From a virus (Duplodnaviria > Caudoviricetes), in the IMG/VR virus record IMGVR_UViG_3300026088_000014, positions 1 to 64,000 of that record: a DNA stretch of 64,000 nucleotides; one strand, 5' to 3'. Within the stretch, counting starts at the first letter, position 1, and each line of letters opens with the position of its first letter. The position numbers and the translations under genes were made by a program. The notes under the pieces were generated by a model. The model ran no database searches, was not told where the DNA came from, and was given only the letters and a program-made list of their open reading frames with translations. This document shows positions 38,793 to 47,344 of this stretch, one piece after another.

Positions 38793-39881
38793 ATGCCGCG
38801 CTTCTCGACGATCGCCTTTGCCGAGAAGGTTGCCGTATCCGACACGCTGCGCCGGCCGCTCAGCGGCTATCTCGGCGGCGTTGACAAGTCGGAGGGCTAT
38901 TACGTCAACCGACTTATCGACAAGTGGTGCGAGGAATTCCGCTGCAAATATGCGATCCCCTGCAACTCTGCTACAAGCGGACTGCTCGCCGCGTGCATGG
39001 CGATCGGCATCAAGCCGGGAGATACGGTATGGGTCTCCGCGATGGGTATGTCTGCTACGGCTGCCTGTGCGAAGGTGTTAGGAGCACATATTGTATTCAT
39101 CGATGTCGAGACGATCAGGTTCTCGATGAATATGAATATGATGCCGAGGGATGTGCCAAGATGCGTTATTATCACCAGCTTGTTTGGCCATCCTGCCTAC
39201 CTTTCGAGCATTCGGTCCTGGTGCGACTCCAATGACGTATGGATGATCGAAGATGCCGCACAAGCACCATTCGCCATGGAGGCGGGCAAATACGCGGGCA
39301 CCATCGGACACATCGGCGTCTTCTCATTCAACGTCCACAAGCACATCCAGGCCGGGGAGGGTGGGATCTGTGTTACCGACGATCATGCACTCGCAGAGAA
39401 GCTGGCTGGTGCTATTAACCACGGTGAGCTTGCTCATCGCAGCGCTGGCCTTAATCTTCGGATGACCGAGCCGACCGCGGCGATTGCCTGTGCCCAGCTC
39501 GCCCGCGCGTCGCATATCATCGAGAGCCGCCGGCACATTGCCTATGAACTGACCGAGATGGTTGCCGGCATCCCATGGATCACGGCGCAGACCGATGATG
39601 TCGACTGCAAGCACGTCTATTATCGCTGGGTAGCGCGGGTCGATCCCGTCAAGCGGCACAGCTTCGTCGGCAACCTGAACGCGCGCGGATTCCCCATGGT
39701 GTCGGGCTACTCACCGACACTCAACCGCATCTTCAATGGCTACACCTTTGAATGTCATGTGGCACAGGACATGGAGGATCGCGAGCTTATCAGCTTCGGT
39801 GTCTGCGAGTGGGAGCCGAAGACCCGGCACTTCAACCAGATGCGCGAGATCATCAAGCGAGTCGCGGAGGGGCTGACATGA
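38793..39881 (+). CDS. DegT/DnrJ/EryC1/StrS aminotransferase (PseC-like)
   Basis: NSATSGL, IEDAAQA, FSFNVHKHIQAGEGG, NLRMTE; start may lie at 38769. Confidence 0.88.
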   Translation: MPRFSTIAFAEKVAVSDTLRRPLSGYLGGVDKSEGYYVNRLIDKWCEEFRCKYAIPCNSATSGLLAACMAIGIKPGDTVWVSAMGMSATAACAKVLGAHIVFIDVETIRFSMNMNMMPRDVPRCVIITSLFGHPAYLSSIRSWCDSNDVWMIEDAAQAPFAMEAGKYAGTIGHIGVFSFNVHKHIQAGEGGICVTDDHALAEKLAGAINHGELAHRSAGLNLRMTEPTAAIACAQLARASHIIESRRHIAYELTEMVAGIPWITAQTDDVDCKHVYYRWVARVDPVKRHSFVGNLNARGFPMVSGYSPTLNRIFNGYTFECHVAQDMEDRELISFGVCEWEPKTRHFNQMREIIKRVAEGLT

Positions 39882-40879
39882 AGATCGCCAACCGACGCAT
39901 CGGGCTGATCGAGCCGCCCTTTGTGGTGGCGGAAATTTCCGGCAATCACTCGGGCTCGCTGGAGTTTGCCAAGCGGCTGGTCAAGGCAGCAAAGCGGGCC
40001 GGCGCGCATGCAGTAAAGACGCAGTGCTATGAGCCCGACACCATCACGCTGAACATCAGCAAGCCTGACTTCATCGTGCAGGACGGCCTCTGGCGCGGGC
40101 GCACGCTGTACGAGCTCTACCAGAAGGCGCACACCCCCTTTGCCTGGCACAAGGATCTGTTCCATGTCGCCCACCATGAGGACATTGCGATCTTTTCTTC
40201 TGTGTTCGACTTCAGTTCGGTCGATTTCCTGGAGAAGCTGGGTTGCCCAGCCTACAAGATTGCTTCCTTTGAGATCGTCGACCTGCCGCTCATCGAGCAC
40301 GCCGCATCGACCGGCAAGCCGCTCATCATCTCGACCGGCGGGGCAACCGATGCGGAAATCCTAGAGGCCAACGAGGCAGCCGGCGGCAAGGCGGCCTTCC
40401 TGCATTGTCCGGTGGGCTACCCGGGAAACGAGAAGACGGCTGACCTGCGCCGCATCAGCATGATTAGCGCGATGTTCGGCTTCGAGAACCCGGTGGGCAT
40501 TTCCGATCATACCAGGGGGGATATCGTGCCGGTGGCAGCGACGGCCATAGGGGCGACCATCATCGAGAAGCATCTCAAGCTCGACGCCAACAGCAAGTCG
40601 GAGGATGCGGCCTTCTCCCTGGTGCCTGGCGAGTTCGCGCACATGGTCAAGGCGGTAGAGCTGACCTATCAGGCGCTGCAGAGTCAGCCGCACTCGACGG
40701 CCAACCGGCAGTTCCAGCGTTCACTATATGCGGTGGCTGACATCAAGAAGGGTGAGACCTATAGCCTTGAGAACATCCGTTCGATCCGTCCCGGCTATGG
40801 TCTGCCGCCGAAGATGCTGGAGGATCTGCTCGGGCGCAAGGCGACACGCGACTGGCGCAAGGGCGACCCGCTGTCATGA
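39878..40879 (+). CDS. pseI: Pseudaminic acid synthase (NeuB family with C-terminal AFP-like domain)
   Basis: AEISGNHSG, YKIASFEIVD, GISDHT, IIEKH, RSLY...RSIRPGYGL. Confidence 0.88.
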   Translation: MKIANRRIGLIEPPFVVAEISGNHSGSLEFAKRLVKAAKRAGAHAVKTQCYEPDTITLNISKPDFIVQDGLWRGRTLYELYQKAHTPFAWHKDLFHVAHHEDIAIFSSVFDFSSVDFLEKLGCPAYKIASFEIVDLPLIEHAASTGKPLIISTGGATDAEILEANEAAGGKAAFLHCPVGYPGNEKTADLRRISMISAMFGFENPVGISDHTRGDIVPVAATAIGATIIEKHLKLDANSKSEDAAFSLVPGEFAHMVKAVELTYQALQSQPHSTANRQFQRSLYAVADIKKGETYSLENIRSIRPGYGLPPKMLEDLLGRKATRDWRKGDPLS

Positions 40880-41193
40880 CCGACCAGCAGATCATCATTC
40901 CCAAGCCGGAGCAGGAGGTTCGTCCTAGCTGGCGCGAGGAGTGGTTCAAGAAGATGGAGGATACCTGGAATCCTCCCTTCGAGATTCCCAATATCGAGTT
41001 TCATTATTACAAGGAAGACTTCATCAACCGGCACCTGAGCGTGCGGGCGGCACGCGACTGGAGGAACCATCCGTTCTGGTTCTACGTCTGCGTGCTGTTC
41101 TTATTGGGACAAATGGCGGCGCTGGGACTTGGGGTCTCATTCAGGATACTCAAGCCGTTCATCCCGGCGCTTGATTTGCCGAATCTGAGCTAA
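40876..41193 (+). CDS. Hypothetical membrane protein
   Basis: 105 aa with a C-terminal hydrophobic segment. Confidence 0.5.
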   Translation: MTDQQIIIPKPEQEVRPSWREEWFKKMEDTWNPPFEIPNIEFHYYKEDFINRHLSVRAARDWRNHPFWFYVCVLFLLGQMAALGLGVSFRILKPFIPALDLPNLS

Positions 41194-41295
41194 GTGAAAG
41201 CTGCGCCGCCAGTCCAGGATCACTCACAGGACCACTGTCATCCGCTGTGCGGTTGATGACAGCAAAGGAGTCGACGCAGCTTCCGTTGCCTCAAA

Positions 41296-41604
41296 TCAGG
41301 TATTGGCTGCGACCGCAGCTGCCAGCTTGGCTTTCTGCGCATCGAGTGCATCGGACAGCGCCTGCAGCTTGGCCGGGTCGCCGGAGGCGATGGCGGCATC
41401 GAGCCTTGCTTTGATGTCGGTGAGCAGCGCGATCACGCTGTCTTCAACGGTACCAAGGTCAGTTACCTTGGCAACGATATCATCGAGGATTGGCATGATT
41501 TTATTCTCCAGTTGAGTGATGTGTTTATCCAGTTCAATCGCCCAGGATGGTGCGTTCCACCATGGGTTATAGTACCAGCCTGTCAGTTTTTGTCTGAGAT
41601 TCAT
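41296..41604 (-). CDS. Ala-rich helical phage protein (...DAAIASGDPAKLQALS...AAAVAANT)
   Basis: Recognisable small phage protein pattern; start uncertain. Confidence 0.6.
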   Translation of the reverse strand: MNLRQKLTGWYYNPWWNAPSWAIELDKHITQLENKIMPILDDIVAKVTDLGTVEDSVIALLTDIKARLDAAIASGDPAKLQALSDALDAQKAKLAAAVAANT

Positions 41605-41608
41605 CCCG

Positions 41609-42190
41609 CTACAGATGCCCACGATGTGTCCGGCTTACAAGCTTTCTTTGGTATCGCTTGGTCGATAGATTGCCGTTGTCCAGATGAAAGTGGACTGGAC
41701 CATTAGCACGCACACCATGACCGGCGAATGACTGTCCGCCCATGGTGTAGCCGATGTAGTTGATATTGCCGATGGGCGGAGTCGGATAGCCGCCGCCGAC
41801 ACCAGTCCATTCAGACGATATGACGCAACTGACTGTGTGCGTTCCTGGGGTGAGATCGGTACGCGATGTCGGGCACCACCAGCGGGTGGTGCCGGAGGGA
41901 TCGGAGGCGACGAACAGGCGCAAGGTGGCGGGCGGAGAGTCGGCAGACTCGACGGGATACAATGTGCCGGAGCCGCTGATGGTAAAGGTCAGGCTGATGG
42001 TCTGCCCGACCTGGGCGCGCTGCTGCTTGACGCAATAGTGCAGCTCACCGAAGTTGAAGTCGTCGCAGGGGCCGATGCCGACCGAGTAGAGCGCGGTCCA
42101 GCCCGGAGCCGATACGATCGGTGGGCTGCCGCCGCCGGAGGAACAGGCGGACAGCAAGAGGGTGGCGAGGATGAGATGGGTTTTAGCCAT
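41609..42190 (-). CDS. Predicted lipoprotein
   Basis: MAKTHLILATLLLSAC lipobox at the ATG 42190 start. Confidence 0.6.
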   Translation of the reverse strand: MAKTHLILATLLLSACSSGGGSPPIVSAPGWTALYSVGIGPCDDFNFGELHYCVKQQRAQVGQTISLTFTISGSGTLYPVESADSPPATLRLFVASDPSGTTRWWCPTSRTDLTPGTHTVSCVISSEWTGVGGGYPTPPIGNINYIGYTMGGQSFAGHGVRANGPVHFHLDNGNLSTKRYQRKLVSRTHRGHL

Positions 42191-42359
42191 CGCGGCCCAG
42201 TTCTTTCGCAAGCTCGCGCGATGTCTGCAGGTCGACGGCAAACTCGGCGGCCTCTCTCGCCTCATCTTCGGTGGCAAAGTCCATGAGCTGCACCGCGGCC
42301 ACCGGGTCAGCCGAGCGATAGAGCGCCTTCCTGATCGCCTCACTCAGCTTGACGATCAT
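42183..42359 (-). CDS. Small hypothetical protein
   Basis: MIVKLSEAIRK...; overlaps both neighbours. Confidence 0.5.
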   Translation of the reverse strand: MIVKLSEAIRKALYRSADPVAAVQLMDFATEDEAREAAEFAVDLQTSRELAKELGRDG

Positions 42360-42514
42360 GGCTTGGGCCCCTCCTGGGTATCGCGCAGCTTCTCGATCAG
42401 CACCTGCAGCGCCCACTCGATGTTCATCAGCCGGTTCTGCGTCTCCATCTTGGGATGGTCGACCCCGGTGACGCGGCGGCTGTTGAACTCGACCAGCAGT
42501 TCCTGAAAGGTCAT
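42356..42514 (-). CDS. Small hypothetical protein
   Basis: MTFQELLVEFN...; ATGA coupling. Confidence 0.5.
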   Translation of the reverse strand: MTFQELLVEFNSRRVTGVDHPKMETQNRLMNIEWALQVLIEKLRDTQEGPKP

Positions 42515-42603
42515 GTCATTTCCCCATGCTGATGTTGGACAAAAGCCAGCCGATGGCAAAGGCGATGAGAAAGGCGAGAGCGTACTCCTGAACCGTCGAC
42601 AGC

Positions 42604-42849
42604 TCACGCACCGTGCAGGCGGCCCCAGATCAGCACCTGCTCGGGCTTCTTGGCTGCCTTGATCGGCTTAGGCTCTTCCGTCTTTGGCTCCGTCTTGGCG
42701 AGATTCTTCAGCGCTGGCTCATAGACCTTCACGGCCTCATCCATGGCCTGCTCAGATGTGGGCTCAACCTGTTTCTTCTGCGTCACGGCCGTCTTCCTCT
42801 TCGGTTTGTGGACCTTGGCTACCTTGGCTCTTTTCTTCGTCTTTGTCAT
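42604..42849 (-). CDS. Lys-rich hypothetical protein
   Basis: 81 aa. Confidence 0.55.
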   Translation of the reverse strand: MTKTKKRAKVAKVHKPKRKTAVTQKKQVEPTSEQAMDEAVKVYEPALKNLAKTEPKTEEPKPIKAAKKPEQVLIWGRLHGA

Positions 42850-43103
42850 TGCAGTCGCTCCTGCTTTACATCCTCCCGTATAGCTAAGCCGCGGTTAATG
42901 AGAATGGTTTCAATAGCAGTCAGCCGATCCTGCATCCTCCCCACGATCTCGACCGTCAACAGCAGATTCTTGGAAATCTCAGTGACCCGATCCGTCAGCA
43001 GCGCAAGCTGCCTGACCTGCCTCTCATGCAGCTCCATCTCCCCGCTGCCGGGTAGCCAGTCGCGCCAGCTCATTTGCCAGTCTCCCTCCGCCGCCTCCGC
43101 CAC
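42846..43103 (-). CDS. Coiled-coil hypothetical protein
   Basis: 85 aa; start may be 43073. Confidence 0.5.
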   Translation of the reverse strand: MAEAAEGDWQMSWRDWLPGSGEMELHERQVRQLALLTDRVTEISKNLLLTVEIVGRMQDRLTAIETILINRGLAIREDVKQERLQ

Positions 43104-43303
43104 GTCTTCATATACTCCCGCATGTAGGCACGATGCGATGCCCAGCCCTCGTCACCCTTGCGGACCTTGCCCTCAACAAGAGGCTTGGGCGGTTCCGAGT
43201 ACTCTTTTAGTCCAAGGATGAAGTCGCAGATCCCCACAACGTCAGGCATGCGAGTCTGCCGCCGAATGGATGATGCCAGCCTCTTGGCTTCCTGAAGTGT
43301 CAT
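43070..43303 (-). CDS. Hypothetical protein, first gene of the leftward late transcript
   Basis: 77 aa ending YMREYMKTWRRRR. Confidence 0.55.
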   Translation of the reverse strand: MTLQEAKRLASSIRRQTRMPDVVGICDFILGLKEYSEPPKPLVEGKVRKGDEGWASHRAYMREYMKTWRRRRRETGK

Positions 43304-43323
43304 GAACGTAAACTAACACATGC

Positions 43324-43351
43324 AGTGTTAACTAACAAGTGTTAACTAACA
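43324..43351. repeat. Perfect 14-bp tandem repeat AGTGTTAACTAACA x2
   Basis: Read directly; partial third copy AACTAACA at about 43311. Confidence 0.9.
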
Positions 43352-43471
43352 GACCCCCCTACTTTTTATAGAAATTTTTGAGACATAGGCCTGGGTGGAG
43401 GAAGATAAATAATCGAAGGACCCTTTCTATTAGGGCCCTCTACCCTCCTTGTACCGGACCCAGTTATGGCT

Positions 43472-43505
43472 TTGGGGACTAGATGCCCTAAGCATCTAGC
43501 CCCAA
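43472..43505. other. Inverted repeat/hairpin TTGGGG(A)CTAGATGC-cctaa-GCATCTAGCCCCAA
   Basis: 14-bp stem with one bulge in the divergent intergenic region. Confidence 0.8.
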
Positions 43506-43755
43506 TAGACCAGTCCTAATGCCTTGTCTTTACAGCGTTGCTGTAAGGGAACAGCTGACTGGCGTGATGGAAGGCGTGAGTCAGATAACCCAACCAAATC
43601 CCCTTGGATTTAACTGAGCTTGGATAATCCCAATGAAATGGGAAGAGGGGAGAGTAAGAGAGGGAAGATAGGTCAATCCTTCCTTTCTCGCTCTCTTGCT
43701 TCGCTTTGTAAGAGCTCGAAATGGTTTCCGGCTCGACAAACAGCGGAGTTCGACG

Positions 43756-44076
43756 ATGCGAGTTTCCGAATGGAAGGCCAAAGCGAAGGTTGCGAAGCAA
43801 CGGAATCCCAAGTCTTTAGCGACGTTTCGGCCGAAGTCACCGAAGGTGACGACCCCGATGATTCGTCCAGTCAATAGACTGGATGATGATGGCAGCACGA
43901 TGTTGTTTGCACTGGATACAGTGCAACAACTGAGGCTTTGGGCGGCAGCCAATAGGCTGCTCGGCAAGTCCGGCTACTTCGTTCACGGCAAAGCCGTGGA
44001 GAAAGACGAATGTCTGGCAGAGCCAGACATGCTGACAGCCTTTGGCCTTCGGCCAATCTGGCATGGCCGGGTGTAA
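43756..44076 (+). CDS. Early hypothetical protein
   Basis: ATG with GGAG RBS; 106 aa. Confidence 0.55.
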   Translation: MRVSEWKAKAKVAKQRNPKSLATFRPKSPKVTTPMIRPVNRLDDDGSTMLFALDTVQQLRLWAAANRLLGKSGYFVHGKAVEKDECLAEPDMLTAFGLRPIWHGRV

Positions 44077-44099
44077 TCCGGTCAAGTTCCCCAACCACT

Positions 44100-44146
44100 A
44101 CTCTCTCGTCTCCACCCCTCACGAAGTGAGGGTGGAGACAGAGAGT
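44100..44146. promoter_or_regulatory. Long hairpin with CCCTCAC-GAA-GTGAGGG core (copy 1)
   Basis: About 21-bp stem; core at 44116-44132. Confidence 0.75.
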
Positions 44147-44182
44147 AAACCACCGAACCACCAACCTGAAAGGAATAGGATC

Positions 44183-44602
44183 ATGACCAAGCAAGCTTGG
44201 AATCAACAGCAAATCGCTCAGGCCTTCAAGATGCTTCAGCATCTTGCCCAGCAGGCTGAGGCTTCGCCTCAGACCTTCGGCAACATCTCGGCCTCCTTGG
44301 CCAAGAAGGATCAACAGATCCTTCGTGGCTTCAAACGGCTCGGCATCAAGGATGTCGTGTTGATGGATCGGTCTGATAAGACCCGATCCTTCAACGTCAA
44401 GCCTTTCAAGGCTTGGGTCGCCGAGGGTCGTGTTGTCCGGAAGGGACAACACGGAGTCAAAGGGCTGTTTCACGTCTCTCAGACCGATCCTCTGGATCAG
44501 GCTGAGAAGCCAGTGGCTCAGCCAAAGGCTGAGAAGCCGAGTGTCGTCAAGTCCTTTGCGGACTTGGCGAAGCTCGTCACCAACGACAACCAGCCGGCCT
44601 AA
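44183..44602 (+). CDS. ArdC-N-like ssDNA-binding/antirestriction protein (paralog 1)
   Basis: FKAWVAEGRVVRKGQHG...LFHVSQT. Confidence 0.6.
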   Translation: MTKQAWNQQQIAQAFKMLQHLAQQAEASPQTFGNISASLAKKDQQILRGFKRLGIKDVVLMDRSDKTRSFNVKPFKAWVAEGRVVRKGQHGVKGLFHVSQTDPLDQAEKPVAQPKAEKPSVVKSFADLAKLVTNDNQPA

Positions 44603-44674
44603 TAAGGCCGACTCTTGCAGGGAGAGGCTTTGCCTCTCCCTGTTCCCTTTAATCCCAAACGATGGAGAACACCG

Positions 44675-44866
44675 ATGAAATCGGTGAAAACTCGGGTTTA
44701 TCTCGAAGATGAAGCGCCGCGGCTTGGCTGCGGCTGGCGAACCCTGCTGATTAAAGTCGGCAGGAAATGGGTACATTTCCTCGATCCCTATAATGGCAAC
44801 CGGGCCAAGCTCAGGATAAGCAAGGCCGAGCCGATTATCCGCTCGCTCTCTCCCCTCACGAAGTGA
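44675..44866 (+). CDS. Small early protein
   Basis: 63 aa with GGAG RBS; stop codon lies inside hairpin copy 2. Confidence 0.6.
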   Translation: MKSVKTRVYLEDEAPRLGCGWRTLLIKVGRKWVHFLDPYNGNRAKLRISKAEPIIRSLSPLTK

Positions 44867-44881
44867 GGGAGAGAGCAGAGC
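44841..44881. promoter_or_regulatory. Long hairpin with CCCTCAC-GAA-GTGAGGG core (copy 2)
   Basis: Core at 44853-44869. Confidence 0.75.
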
Positions 44882-44986
44882 GCCGCTAAACCCCGCCGCT
44901 CAAATACCGCCATTTCAGTGATAATTGCCGTGCGCTTTTAGGTTATTGCCTGACGCTATCTTTAACACAAACCGTGGAGAAATGCC

Positions 44987-45148
44987 ATGATTGTCAAGTC
45001 GTTTACCGCTGCCATGATCGACTATTTCGGCAAGAAGCCGGGACAGTCGAACACCGAGTTTATTCTGGAAATGAAGAAACTCGATGCGGCCTGCCGGGCC
45101 TATTTCACCAAGCTGCTGGAAGCCGAAGGCTTCCAGATCACCAACTAA
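44987..45148 (+). CDS. Small early protein (53 aa, MIVKSFTAAMIDYFGKK...)
   Basis: Read manually; GGAG RBS. Confidence 0.55.
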   Translation: MIVKSFTAAMIDYFGKKPGQSNTEFILEMKKLDAACRAYFTKLLEAEGFQITN

Positions 45149-45153
45149 TACCA

Positions 45154-45182
45154 ATGGGGAGCGAAAGCTCCCCATTTTCATT
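45154..45182 (+). terminator. Probable intrinsic terminator ATGGGGAGC-GAAA-GCTCCCCAT plus T-rich tail
   Basis: 9-bp stem with a GAAA loop followed by TTTCATTT. Confidence 0.6.
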
Positions 45183-45339
45183 TAACCGGGGGAATCATCA
45201 TGCCAGTAATTAACATTATCGTCCTGACGTTATCTTTAATGTGCGCCGTCAATGGCATTGTCCTGGCCATTATGGCAATGGGACTGCCGCAATAAATCCG
45301 ACGAAAAGCGTTAATATCAGATTAGCAACGGAGCAAGTC

Positions 45340-45501
45340 ATGGCACGGCACAAGAACAAAGGCGGACGAAAACCAAGGTCCGGATCGAAGCGTCAATTAA
45401 AGTTGCATCTGGACGGAATGCGAAAAGCCGACGACGCGCGGGCAGTAATAAAAGGGGCCATGACACACGCTGAATTTGAGGCAATCCACGGCAAGCATTA
45501 A
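45340..45501 (+). CDS. Small basic early protein
   Basis: MARHKNKGGRKPRS...; GGAG RBS. Confidence 0.5.
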   Translation: MARHKNKGGRKPRSGSKRQLKLHLDGMRKADDARAVIKGAMTHAEFEAIHGKH

Positions 45502-45523
45502 TCCCTAATTAGGAACGGAACCC

Positions 45524-45733
45524 ATGCTAACAAATATAGACTGGTGTGAGCGCTACATAAGCCGCATTAAAAACAATGGCAAAAAAGCTTATGCACGCGC
45601 CTATCTAAATTTTAAGTCTAATCATGCCGATATGCCAAACCATCATTCTTTCGGTATTGGCGGCATGGCAGCACAGGCGGTGCGCCAGAATATCGACCAC
45701 GCCACGCTGACCGTAATCACATCCCGTCGTTAA
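45524..45733 (+). CDS. Small early protein
   Basis: 69 aa with AGGA RBS. Confidence 0.55.
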   Translation: MLTNIDWCERYISRIKNNGKKAYARAYLNFKSNHADMPNHHSFGIGGMAAQAVRQNIDHATLTVITSRR

Positions 45734-45810
45734 CACTCAGACTGGTTATCCCATAAGGGACTTGACGGGGCGCAAATGCCCTTAACCAACACATCCAACG
45801 GAGCATCGCC

Positions 45811-46038
45811 ATGACACAGACCGAGGCTAATCACCTCAAAAATGGTTACTATAAGCTGCGAAGTGAGTCCTCTGTCCTTAAGGATGGAGGTAGACGCTTT
45901 GAAGGTACGCGCTGGCTTATACGAGAAAGCTGTATTGAGCGTTACGCCGATAGCTGGGTCTTGCGAGTTTATAATATCGAAGGCAACGTAGAAGCCTGCC
46001 TGATCTCCCCTAATGGAACGCAGCGCAATTACTGCTAA
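45811..46038 (+). CDS. Small early protein
   Basis: 75 aa with GGAG RBS. Confidence 0.55.
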   Translation: MTQTEANHLKNGYYKLRSESSVLKDGGRRFEGTRWLIRESCIERYADSWVLRVYNIEGNVEACLISPNGTQRNYC

Positions 46039-46607
46039 TTCACCGCATCACTGGCGGCTTTTTGAATCAAGAGGCCGTCAGCATCAGGCTCTGGGACCTC
46101 TTGTAGTGGCTCCACATTCGCCGGCTGCCAGTCGGTGATCCCGAAGTGCCTTGCTAGCTCCAAAGCTGCTGTACGACCTTTTCTGGCCGCTACAGCGTTG
46201 AGGATTTCGTTGGCATCCTCCATTTGCGCCACATCGGTTGTATCGCTGATGTCAACACGATCGCGCAGGAGTCCAACCAGTTTAGCCTGAGCGGTCGCCG
46301 CATTGGTTAGATCGTTCGGCTTGGCTTGTGCCCGAGCCATCGTGATCGCTTCCTCGTAATTGCTGAGGATCTTATCCTCGGTGATGTCAGCGCGCTTTGC
46401 CATGCGATCCCTCAATTCCTCGATGCGCCGCCTAACCTCAGGCCGTCGTTTGATGTCCCAACCGATAACCTTAAAGCTTTGCGGCAGTATCTCTGCCTTC
46501 TTGGGATAGAACTCCCACACCTTGACATAAGCTTCCTTGGAGTTGCCGCCATTGCGAACATACTCGCGCGCAAAAAGCTCATGGCTTAATCGTTTCAATC
46601 GGGCCAT
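46035..46607 (-). CDS. terS: Terminase small subunit
   Basis: HELFAREYVRNGGNSKEAY...PEVRRRIEEL...ITEDKIL...AATAQAKLVGL HTH pattern; ATG at 46607. Confidence 0.8.
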   Translation of the reverse strand: MARLKRLSHELFAREYVRNGGNSKEAYVKVWEFYPKKAEILPQSFKVIGWDIKRRPEVRRRIEELRDRMAKRADITEDKILSNYEEAITMARAQAKPNDLTNAATAQAKLVGLLRDRVDISDTTDVAQMEDANEILNAVAARKGRTAALELARHFGITDWQPANVEPLQEVPEPDADGLLIQKAASDAVN

Positions 46608-46645
46608 GACGCATGGATATACCATTACCGCTAAGGCACCGCAAA

Positions 46646-46691
46646 CTCTCTCTTTTCTCTCTCGCTTCGCTTCGAGAGAGAGAAAAGAGAG
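46646..46691. promoter_or_regulatory. Long CT/GA hairpin with CTTCGCTTCG apex
   Basis: CTCTCTCTTTTCTCTCTCG...CGAGAGAGAGAAAAGAGAG. Confidence 0.7.
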
Positions 46692-46704
46692 AAAGGAGGC
46701 CCCG

Positions 46705-46878
46705 ATGAATTGGATCGTCATGTCCTATGAACTCACCAGCGATAATACGATCGCCAATGTTGCACAAATGGTGTTTGGACCATTTCAAACAATTCAGTCC
46801 GCCGAAGAATATGCCGATGAATTTGGCGGAGCATGGGAAGGCTACAGCGTAATCGAATTGCAAAAACCTAAGTTCTAA
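46705..46878 (+). CDS. Small early protein
   Basis: 57 aa with AAGGAGG RBS. Confidence 0.6.
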   Translation: MNWIVMSYELTSDNTIANVAQMVFGPFQTIQSAEEYADEFGGAWEGYSVIELQKPKF

Positions 46879-46892
46879 GCACCCCGCAAAAC

Positions 46893-46939
46893 TCCTCTTC
46901 TCCGCTGCCCCTCACGAAGTGAGGGCAGCGGGAAGAGGA
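46893..46939. promoter_or_regulatory. Long hairpin with CCCTCAC-GAA-GTGAGGG core (copy 3)
   Basis: Core at 46909-46925. Confidence 0.75.
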
Positions 46940-46972
46940 ACGCCGCCCCGCCACCAAACAAAGGAGATCGTT

Positions 46973-47332
46973 ATGGATGATGCAAAACTCATGGCTCTCT
47001 TAACGCAGCTACTTGAGGGCCAAAACAAAGCGCCACGCAAAGGCAAGGGCAAAGGCAAGAAAGGCAAGCGTGTTGCCTCAACGCCGGAGCTCAAGGCCGA
47101 GCGAATGGCTGCCAATGATGCCGAGTGCATCAAGGTGTTCACCGCCGCTGGCTATCAGGACGTTCAGCCTCGCATCAACGTTCTGACCTACGGTCGCATC
47201 AAGCCGGACGGCACCATTACCGGCTGGCTCAGCAAAGGCCGCAAGGTCAAAGCCGGTGAGCATGGTCATCGGGTTGGAGTGTTCAACCTGTTCCACATTG
47301 ACCAAACCGCAGAGCTGGAGGCTGTCCAGTAA
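46973..47332 (+). CDS. ArdC-N-like protein (paralog 2)
   Basis: GWLSKGRKVKAGEHG...LFHIDQT; AAGGAG RBS. Confidence 0.6.
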   Translation: MDDAKLMALLTQLLEGQNKAPRKGKGKGKKGKRVASTPELKAERMAANDAECIKVFTAAGYQDVQPRINVLTYGRIKPDGTITGWLSKGRKVKAGEHGHRVGVFNLFHIDQTAELEAVQ

Positions 47333-47344
47333 GCGGCCGCCAGC

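Noticed and set aside
43871-44776. 301-aa minus-strand ORF
   Set aside because: It is the antisense shadow of plus-strand early genes that have good RBSs and a recognisable motif.
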